A stretch of 64,000 nucleotides of DNA from a virus. Positions 57,164 to 64,000 of this stretch are shown here, one piece after another. Numbering within the stretch: position 1 is the first letter of the stretch; each line of letters begins with the position of its first letter. Both the position numbers and the translations under genes were made by a program. The DNA lies in the IMG/VR virus record IMGVR_UViG_3300008267_000023, positions 1 to 64,000 of that record, one strand, 5' to 3'. A model generated the notes under the pieces. It had not been told where the DNA came from. It was given only the letters and a program-made list of their open reading frames with translations, and searched no databases.

Positions 57164-57816
57164 AAATCTTTTTAGATACTGCTGAAGTTGATATGATTCG
57201 TCCAGCATACGAAACTGGACTGATTGATGGTGTAACTACAAATCCTACTTTGATTATGCGAAGTGGAAGAGACCCAGTGGAAGTAATTAAAGAAATTTCT
57301 ACTACTTTTACTTCTCTTCAATCTATTTCTGCTGAAGTAGTTGCTGATACTGCTGAAGAGATGTTGGAGCAAGCACAAGCATTTAATGGACTGTGGAACG
57401 TTACAATTAAAGTTCCTTGTACTGTAGAGGGTCTCAAAGCATGTAGACAACTTGCAAGTCAAGGGACACACGTTAATGTCACTTTGATTTTCTCAGTTGC
57501 ACAAGCAATTCTTGCAGAAAAAGCAGGTGCAAAATATGTTTCCCCATTTGTGGGAAGGTGGTTGGATAATTCTGTTGATGGTATTGAATTAATTAAGAAT
57601 ATTAGGCAAGCATATAGTGGTCAAGGTCAACTTTGTCTTACAAATATTCTAGCTGCTTCTCTACGTGATGTGAGGCAGGTCGAAAAATGTGCTATGATGG
57701 GAGCAGATGTTGTAACTATTCCTCCAACTGTATTCTGGGGAATGTATAAAAATATCATGACTGATAAAGGATTAGAATTATTTCAAAAAGATTGGGAGAA
57801 AGTAAATGGTCTATGA
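57160..57816 (+). CDS. talC: Transaldolase (TalC)
   Basis: IFLDTA, GVTTNPTLI, TIKVP, NVTLIFS, YVSPFVGR. Confidence 0.95.
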   Translation: MKIFLDTAEVDMIRPAYETGLIDGVTTNPTLIMRSGRDPVEVIKEISTTFTSLQSISAEVVADTAEEMLEQAQAFNGLWNVTIKVPCTVEGLKACRQLASQGTHVNVTLIFSVAQAILAEKAGAKYVSPFVGRWLDNSVDGIELIKNIRQAYSGQGQLCLTNILAASLRDVRQVEKCAMMGADVVTIPPTVFWGMYKNIMTDKGLELFQKDWEKVNGL

Positions 57817-58006
57817 ATCTTTGACAGAGTTTGAAAGGGCACTTGCTCGATTTGGAGACAAGGTTCAACTAATTGTTGGACTAGAAATCTCCGATAAAAT
57901 GAGTCCAGAAACAGCATATCAAGAAATTAAAGATATGTTAAAAGAACTCAAAAAACTTCGAAAAAAAGAAAAAGAAACTTGGGAGAATGAAAATAGGGCA
58001 GAGTAA
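57806..58006 (+). CDS. Hypothetical protein
   Basis: LTEFERALARFGDKV. Confidence 0.7.
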   Translation: MVYESLTEFERALARFGDKVQLIVGLEISDKMSPETAYQEIKDMLKELKKLRKKEKETWENENRAE

Positions 58007-58907
58007 TAATTTTACTATGAATAATCTTAGAATCGCTGGGGCACAAATTCCAGTAAGCACTGATGTTCAATTCAATAAAAAAGAAATCTTAAAATCTATT
58101 GATTGGGCTAAAGAAAATGAAGTTAATCATTTGCTGACACCCGAAGGTTCTTTATCTGGTTATACTCAAGATTGGATGGACAGATTTGATGAAATTGTGG
58201 ATGCTGAAAATGAAATTCAGGTCCACTTATCTGAGTCGGGAGTGTTTTTACATTTGGGCACTTTCTTCAAGCAAGAAGAATTTCTTGGGAATATAAAAAG
58301 AAATCAAATTCGTCATTATGCTCCTTGGGGTCAGTTTATGGGGGCAACAAATAAAACATATGCTGTTCCAGATATTGAAAGGGTTCTTCCAAGATCAAGA
58401 CAAGATAATTTGCAATTTGTTCCTTTATCGGAAGAAAATTTAAATCTTCTTGCAGTTGGGTTAATTTGTAATGATATGTGGGGTGCTTCAGAAGCAGGTG
58501 GAGAACCACTAACAACACAGATAAAAAAAACAGGACAAGTTAGTTTAATACTACATGCGACTAACGGTAAAAAGTATAGAGATGATGATTATCATTACGA
58601 TGCTTACAATGCATGGCATGATGGTCATTTAAGAATGGCAGCATTTAATACAGTCATTCCTATTTTGACTGTAGATTCTTGTGTTCCTTGGGACTGGAAC
58701 CCAGAAAGTGATATTCCTATTGATTTTTATCCAACATCAAGTGAAAGTGGAGTCGTTGATTTTCTTGGATGGAAAACTGATGTGCCAAGAAAAGGTCGTC
58801 AATATTTTTATTATGATTTAGATGTTTCTTTACCACCATTTGCAAGAATTTACAAACACTTAGATGAGTGTAAAATGAAAGGTAAATATGTGCCAACTTT
58901 AGAATAA
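57987..58907 (+). CDS. Carbon-nitrogen hydrolase (nitrilase superfamily)
   Basis: RIAGAQ, TPEGSLSGY (Glu), NKTY (Lys), LICNDMW (Cys); start may be 58017. Confidence 0.8.
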   Translation: MKIGQSNNFTMNNLRIAGAQIPVSTDVQFNKKEILKSIDWAKENEVNHLLTPEGSLSGYTQDWMDRFDEIVDAENEIQVHLSESGVFLHLGTFFKQEEFLGNIKRNQIRHYAPWGQFMGATNKTYAVPDIERVLPRSRQDNLQFVPLSEENLNLLAVGLICNDMWGASEAGGEPLTTQIKKTGQVSLILHATNGKKYRDDDYHYDAYNAWHDGHLRMAAFNTVIPILTVDSCVPWDWNPESDIPIDFYPTSSESGVVDFLGWKTDVPRKGRQYFYYDLDVSLPPFARIYKHLDECKMKGKYVPTLE

Positions 58908-58912
58908 TTATT

Positions 58913-59065
58913 ATGGATTCATTAAAAATAATTCAGAATGAAGATGGTTCATTTTCAATGGAGTGGAATAAAGAAGACCCAAATTGGAAGTGGTTGAATG
59001 GGTTGACTTCAAAGGAGATTCAAGTTATCATGGAGCAAGCAATCAAAGATTATGGACATGAGTGA
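58913..59065 (+). CDS. Hypothetical protein (50 aa)
   Basis: Read manually; NEDGSFSMEW..DP.W. Confidence 0.65.
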   Translation: MDSLKIIQNEDGSFSMEWNKEDPNWKWLNGLTSKEIQVIMEQAIKDYGHE

Positions 59066-59792
59066 ATATAAAAAGTATTCTCTTGAGAATCTTGAGAACT
59101 GGATGCATGATGCAATGTCTTGTGCAGAGGCATCACCACAAGAAATCTATGATGTGATTAAAGGTGTTGTTGAGGAAAACTATTATGTCTACAAGAATCA
59201 AACATCTCAAGCATATGAACTTCTTGCTCTTCTGAATGGTAATGGTAAGGGTCATTTAACTTGTGATAAAGACGATTCATCTGAAGAATGTAAGAAATCT
59301 TGGACTTCTTTTTGGGAAGAGAACGATTGCCCAGAAGAATATAGGGAACCAAAGGTAGAGGATATTATGCCACCTTGGGGTCATAGTGATATGGAAGCAC
59401 TTCGTTACACTGAAGAAGAACTGAATGGGATGTGCGATAAGGCAGCATCTGATGAAGAAAAATATAAGAGTAATCTAAAGGAAGAAATTTCTAGGAATGA
59501 TCCAAATCGTATTGATTATAAAGATGGACTGATTTATGAGTCACCAGATGATGGAAAAACTGTCTATGCAAGGAAACCTGGAGAAACCGAAAGAACTTTA
59601 ATTGAACAAGAAAAATCAAAAAAGTGGATTTTACCAATTGAAAAATATGATGATGATAATTATTATGTTTCTTTTCCTGACGAACTGCTGAAAGCAGCAA
59701 ATATTAAAGAGGGTGACATCGTAGAATGGGTTGATAATGGAAATAGTACATTTTCATTGAAGAAGGCATCTATAATGCACCATTCTGTATAG
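59052..59792 (+). CDS. Hypothetical protein with C-terminal AbrB/MazE-like domain
   Basis: YVSFPDELLKAANIKEGDIVEWVDNG. Confidence 0.65.
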   Translation: MDMSEYKKYSLENLENWMHDAMSCAEASPQEIYDVIKGVVEENYYVYKNQTSQAYELLALLNGNGKGHLTCDKDDSSEECKKSWTSFWEENDCPEEYREPKVEDIMPPWGHSDMEALRYTEEELNGMCDKAASDEEKYKSNLKEEISRNDPNRIDYKDGLIYESPDDGKTVYARKPGETERTLIEQEKSKKWILPIEKYDDDNYYVSFPDELLKAANIKEGDIVEWVDNGNSTFSLKKASIMHHSV

Positions 59793-59852
59793 TTAGTTGA
59801 CTTTTGACAACTAAATTTGTTAAAATATTTAAATTTAAAGGAGAATATTAAA

Positions 59853-60107
59853 ATGCTTGATAATTTTGTTGATGATACCCACGCACAAGAATGGTTATCT
59901 GAATTTTATGGAAAAACAGATGAATATGTTCATTGCTTTAATACTGTTAGAGATAAACTCTTTGCTGAGTTTGATTCAAATACACAAGTAAATGCACATG
60001 TAATTCCTGTTATCCGTGATATTACTAATTTGTTAATTGCTACCACAAATAACAAAATCACTAAAAAATACGAGGGACTTTATCCAGATAATTATGGCAC
60101 TATCTAA
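59853..60107 (+). CDS. Hypothetical protein
   Basis: AAGGAG RBS; TTGACT-18-TAAAAT upstream. Confidence 0.6.
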   Translation: MLDNFVDDTHAQEWLSEFYGKTDEYVHCFNTVRDKLFAEFDSNTQVNAHVIPVIRDITNLLIATTNNKITKKYEGLYPDNYGTI

Positions 60108-60324
60108 ATCCGTTGAAGATTCACTTAAAGAAGCAGAAGCAAGTTTGCGTAATGCACTTGCTTATGCTGCACGTCAAGAACGTCCAATGGTTTGTAGTGT
60201 GATTGCAGACCTGATTAGTCGAATAGAATCACTCCAAAGCACTGATGCTATTCTTGATAAATTGGAAAATCGTAAACCAGGAGATTCTGGTTTTTTTGGA
60301 ACTATGTTTGGGAAAAATGACTGA
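60094..60324 (+). CDS. Conserved hypothetical protein
   Basis: MALSKSV..LRNALAYAARQERP. Confidence 0.7.
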   Translation: MALSKSVEDSLKEAEASLRNALAYAARQERPMVCSVIADLISRIESLQSTDAILDKLENRKPGDSGFFGTMFGKND

Positions 60325-60691
60325 AAAAGAACCAAATGAGTTTGGAAAAGCAATGCAAGAGTGGTGGGACTCCGATGCTTGCAAACAAATGCAGAAAGCA
60401 AATGAAGAAGCACGTCAACGTGCAATTGGAAAGTATCATATGTTATCTGAAGAAGACAAGATTGATATGGTTGAAGCAATCACCTATATAATGTGCAATA
60501 CAGAGAAGGAAGGAACATCACATCGTGGATTGCAATCAGCACTTGGGATTTATCCTGGAGGCTTTTGGGTAAATTATCTTATGGATGTTCACAATGCTCT
60601 CTGGTCATATTATCATGATGAAAGACAACAAAAAGAAGTTGAAGAGGACATTGAGCAACTAAAAGAATTTCTAAAAGAAGAGAATGATTAA
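60317..60691 (+). CDS. Hypothetical protein
   Basis: GTSHR..MDVHNAL. Confidence 0.65.
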   Translation: MTEKEPNEFGKAMQEWWDSDACKQMQKANEEARQRAIGKYHMLSEEDKIDMVEAITYIMCNTEKEGTSHRGLQSALGIYPGGFWVNYLMDVHNALWSYYHDERQQKEVEEDIEQLKEFLKEEND

Positions 60692-61349
60692 CTACGATGA
60701 AATCTGGAATGATTATCAAAAAATTATCTTAGATGAATTAAATTTGGATTTAACTTCATCTGATGAATATGAAATCAATAATAATAAAATATTTTCTAAT
60801 TTATATGGTGGAGAATATTTTATTAAATCCAGAGAGACTGTTATCAATACAGGAAGTTCATCAATTTATAATAATATTATCTACCCCAAAACAGGGAAAA
60901 ACCTCCCTTCTTTCGGGGTAGATTTAATGGCATTTATGGAAAAGAAAGTTATCATCGTATTTGACTTTCAGCATCCTACAGAGAATTATGATTTCGACCA
61001 TGAATTAGTTAAAGAATTAATGGGAGAGTATAAGTATAATACTAAAGAGATTAGGTTCTTTGAACCAGGAAATCATTTTTCAAATTATATTTTTGTGCGA
61101 AAGTGTACTGTACATGAAGTTGGAAATTATTTAAATGATTTTAGGAAATATATTTCAACTTATAGAAAAATGGTAGAAGATGCAAAACCAAGTGAAACTG
61201 AAGAAACACTTTATGCTGATTTCGATACTTATATGCATAAACTAGATCCAGTTAGTGGATTTATGGAATCTAGATTTGGAAAGGAATTTGCTAAGAATTA
61301 CGTTGATAATTTTCTTTTTCCATACGCAAAGTTACAAACCTTTACTTAA
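60684..61349 (+). CDS. pebS: Phycoerythrobilin synthase (ferredoxin-dependent bilin reductase)
   Basis: IYNNIIYPKTG.NLP.FGVDLM, KKVIIVFDFQHP, RFFEPGNHFS, DFDTYMHKLDPV: PebS-type motifs with both catalytic Asp. Confidence 0.88.
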   Translation: MINYDEIWNDYQKIILDELNLDLTSSDEYEINNNKIFSNLYGGEYFIKSRETVINTGSSSIYNNIIYPKTGKNLPSFGVDLMAFMEKKVIIVFDFQHPTENYDFDHELVKELMGEYKYNTKEIRFFEPGNHFSNYIFVRKCTVHEVGNYLNDFRKYISTYRKMVEDAKPSETEETLYADFDTYMHKLDPVSGFMESRFGKEFAKNYVDNFLFPYAKLQTFT

Positions 61350-61423
61350 ATCTAAAGACAACATTAAGAAAACGGTGATATGCTAGATACTATGTTAGGA
61401 TATGCTCATCAATTGAGACCACT

Positions 61424-61600
61424 ATGACCTATTCAGAAAATTTTAATTCAGAACTTTCTAATGATGAGTGGAGTGAGTTGGTTGCACTTAAAGATGTAAT
61501 TAACCAAAATCCAGCAGCAGTGCATCCAGAAAAAATGGAACTTTTTACTGCACTTTTTGTTAAGTCTCTTGAGGGAAAAGGTAATACGACTCCATTATGA
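61424..61600 (+). CDS. Small protein (58 aa, ...NPAAVHPEKMELFTALFVKSL)
   Basis: Read manually. Confidence 0.65.
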   Translation: MTYSENFNSELSNDEWSELVALKDVINQNPAAVHPEKMELFTALFVKSLEGKGNTTPL

Positions 61601-61743
61601 CTACTGAAAAAACATCAGAACAAATTCTAAGGGAATTAGAAGAACTTAGAATACGAGTTGCAATTCTAGAAGAAGATACTAAAGTCCTTCAGTTACAACT
61701 TGATTTAACTCAGCAATCAATAGACGCAGTGTTTGACCTCTGA
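61597..61743 (+). CDS. Small coiled-coil protein (48 aa)
   Basis: ATGA overlap; read manually. Confidence 0.55.
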   Translation: MTTEKTSEQILRELEELRIRVAILEEDTKVLQLQLDLTQQSIDAVFDL

Positions 61744-61764
61744 TAAATACTCAGAGGTCTTTTT
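61735..61764 (+). terminator. Terminator hairpin with late-promoter-like ATAAATA at the loop
   Basis: GACCTCTGA-TAAATAC-TCAGAGGTC followed by TTTTT. Confidence 0.7.
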
Positions 61765-61772
61765 GTGTTTAT

Positions 61773-62603
61773 ATGCTTTCTGAAGGTAGAAAAAGAGATG
61801 CTGCAGCAAATGCAGTTTTAGCACTTTCATTTGCTGCAAATGCAGCACAATCTCCTCAATCATTAGTAAGATCTGGACACGATGCTGCTCCAAGTCTTCC
61901 TTTAATGGGAGAACTGATGAGAAAGAGGAAGGAAGCAAATAGAAATTTGGATAGTCCAAGAGTATCAGAACCAGCACGTAATCGTAAGAGAAAAACATTT
62001 AAAGAGTTTGTAGAAGAAGCAGTAATAATTACTGAAGGAGCACACTTCTCAACTAGAGATGAGTTGATAAAACATCATGGAGGAAAACTACCAGATGGAA
62101 CCTTTATTAAAAATAGAGGAACAAAAGAGAATCCTAGGTATGGAATTGCTTCATCTCAAGCTAGAGAAAAGCATAAACAAGACCGTGAAGAAAGAACTAA
62201 AAAAGCAACAGGGCAACTAACCCCAAGGGAAAAGGCAAAAGTTGAACGTAAACGTAAATTAGCAAGAGAACGTGGAGCAGAACTTCATCACGCAACTGAA
62301 ATAGAAACTTCTGGTAAAGAAATGAAGGATATGTCTCCTGGTGATGTGTTGAGATATAAGAAAAAGCAAGCACAAGAGAAGAAGTATCACGGCAATGACC
62401 CTAAAAATCTAGTTGTTGCTGATAAAAGTCCAGTATCAAAGTTTAAACCCCAAAAACCAGGATTTCACCATGGTAAGTTCCATGCATTTGAAAGAGGTAA
62501 TCGTAGAAAACTAGAAGATATTGGTAATGCTATTACTCCTATGAGAGCTTTCACTACTCTTGTGAATAAAGCAAGAAGAAAGACTAGAAGAGGTGAAGAT
62601 TAA
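61773..62603 (+). CDS. Basic late protein with internal KTFKEFVEEA motif and HNH-like C-terminus
   Basis: ELHH..HGNDPKNL..HHGKFH. Confidence 0.65.
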   Translation: MLSEGRKRDAAANAVLALSFAANAAQSPQSLVRSGHDAAPSLPLMGELMRKRKEANRNLDSPRVSEPARNRKRKTFKEFVEEAVIITEGAHFSTRDELIKHHGGKLPDGTFIKNRGTKENPRYGIASSQAREKHKQDREERTKKATGQLTPREKAKVERKRKLARERGAELHHATEIETSGKEMKDMSPGDVLRYKKKQAQEKKYHGNDPKNLVVADKSPVSKFKPQKPGFHHGKFHAFERGNRRKLEDIGNAITPMRAFTTLVNKARRKTRRGED

Positions 62604-62630
62604 ATAAATAAAAGAAAAGTCATAAAAAAG

Positions 62631-63089
62631 ATGAAGACCTTTAGAGAGTTCCTAGAAGAAGCATACATCTACGAGATGCGTAAAGAGGATGAAGTAAAGG
62701 GAGAAAAGAGAACTCCTCTTTATGTAAGTAAAACTTCTGGAAGAGTTGTGAAGAACCCTGAGACTGGTCGTTCAGAAGTTAAAAAATCAACAAGAACTTC
62801 ACTATCACCTAGAGCAGCAATCGGTAGATTGAAGCAGGGTATGAAAGACCCTCTCAACACCTATAGTCAACCAGAAACTTATGGTGCTACTAGACACGCA
62901 CACGGTGGTGGTGGAAGTGGAGCAAAGGCACCTGGAAGAAAGAGAGGTGTTGGTAAGTTAGAGCAACAAAAGATTGATAAGGCACAAAGAGAAAGAGGTG
63001 AGAGACCATTGGGTTCGGGTCCATCTCCAGAATATAAAGTTGCATTGAAGAAAGCAAAAAGAGCACGTTCAATGGGTGGTGGGCAATGA
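62631..63089 (+). CDS. Putative internal head protein
   Basis: MKTFREFLEEA capsid-targeting-like N-terminus; K/R/G-rich. Confidence 0.7.
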   Translation: MKTFREFLEEAYIYEMRKEDEVKGEKRTPLYVSKTSGRVVKNPETGRSEVKKSTRTSLSPRAAIGRLKQGMKDPLNTYSQPETYGATRHAHGGGGSGAKAPGRKRGVGKLEQQKIDKAQRERGERPLGSGPSPEYKVALKKAKRARSMGGGQ

Positions 63090-63934
63090 AGACTTTTCGG
63101 GAATTTATTTCTGAAGCAAAGAAGTGTTGGCCTGGATATAAGAAAAAAGGCACACAAAAACTCTTCGGAAAGACTTATAATCGTTGTGTGAAAGAGGATA
63201 CCGAAGAACTTGAAGAAAGTTCAACAGGTGAAAGAAGTGGTAGAAGAACACGAGGCAAGGTAACTCTTGCTCGTGGTCGTGGTGCTGATATGAAAAGGCA
63301 GGAGAGAACTACTGCTGCGATTGCAAAGAAAGCAGGTCTCAAAGGAACTGGTAAGTATTCCACCAATGATTTGAGAACTAGACCATATGATTATACAACT
63401 TATGATAGTGAAGATACTTATGATGATTATGGTAGCACCGAGCAGGACCATTATATCCGCACTCACGCATCAGCAAGATCAGCAGCAAAGGGAGAGAGTT
63501 TAATTAAGAAATATAAAGAGAGAAGAAAAGACCCACAAGGAAACACTAGAGTTAAAACTGCACCTTCAAGTGAGAGTGTGAGAAGAGTGAGAGATTTTAG
63601 AAAGCAAATGACTAAAACAGGTGCTAATAAGAGAGGTCCAGTTCATACTGTAGATATTATGCATCGTGATAGTGAAGTTGGAAAAGGTGATAAGGACCAA
63701 CAAATGGAAAGAGGTAGAAACTTTATCCAAGCACTAAAAGATACTCCAAAGCATCTAAAAGCGGCAGGAGCAAAGAAAGGTGAGGCTGTAATTGGTAAAC
63801 CAACAGCAGTTATGTCTGGTGAAGACCAGAAGACTGGAGTAGCAAAGAGAGCAAAACTTTATAAGAAAGTATTTGGTAAGAGAAGCACTAAAAAGTCTGA
63901 AAAGACTGGTCTTATGACAGGAAAGGTAGACTAA
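63086..63934 (+). CDS. Putative internal head protein
   Basis: MKTFREFISEA; CWPGY..NRCVKE module; very basic. Confidence 0.7.
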   Translation: MKTFREFISEAKKCWPGYKKKGTQKLFGKTYNRCVKEDTEELEESSTGERSGRRTRGKVTLARGRGADMKRQERTTAAIAKKAGLKGTGKYSTNDLRTRPYDYTTYDSEDTYDDYGSTEQDHYIRTHASARSAAKGESLIKKYKERRKDPQGNTRVKTAPSSESVRRVRDFRKQMTKTGANKRGPVHTVDIMHRDSEVGKGDKDQQMERGRNFIQALKDTPKHLKAAGAKKGEAVIGKPTAVMSGEDQKTGVAKRAKLYKKVFGKRSTKKSEKTGLMTGKVD

Positions 63935-64000
63935 TGAAATCATTCACTCAATTTCTAGAAGAAGCATATTTCATTCTGGAAAAGAAAAGACAATATGATG
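63934..64000 (+). CDS. Putative internal head protein (runs off window)
   Basis: MKSFTQFLEEAY; TAATG coupling. Confidence 0.6.
   Translation, partial: MKSFTQFLEEAYFILEKKRQYD

Noticed and set aside
60684-61349. pcyA
   Set aside because: Motifs (KKVIIVFDFQHP, GNHFS, LDPV) fit PebS better.
1-64000. tRNA or rRNA genes
   Set aside because: No cloverleaf or T-loop signature noticed in intergenic regions; tRNAscan-SE was not run.

Overview
64-kb segment of a T4-like cyanomyovirus (cyanophage) genome, almost entirely + strand. Order: psbD carrying an internal frameshifting deletion; small ORFs; thyX-phoH-exonuclease-gp33-gp59-gp32; a minus-strand late block (gp4, gp2, gp48, split gp53); baseplate/tail genes (gp54-like, gp26, gp51, two large lytic virion proteins, CP12, gp5-like) and several tail fibres; a vWA/peptidase + MoxR AAA pair interrupted by two homing endonuclease genes; an accessory region (2OG-Fe(II) oxygenases, rlpA, talC, nitrilase-family hydrolase, pebS); and basic late proteins with T4-type capsid-targeting motifs. 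The most notable observation is at 4514-5281: a perfect NtcA box, a sigma70-type promoter and a glutamine-riboswitch-like RNA. This RNA appears to be two aptamers nested back to back, one circularly permuted, with a complete 68-codon ORF inside a stem loop. It is followed by a YRG-motif (DUF4278/IF17-N-like) peptide operon, suggesting a phage nitrogen-sensing module. Also notable is a 7-6-7 palindrome found exactly 31 nt upstream of four -10 boxes. All calls come from reading the sequence by eye; no database searches or folding programs were run.
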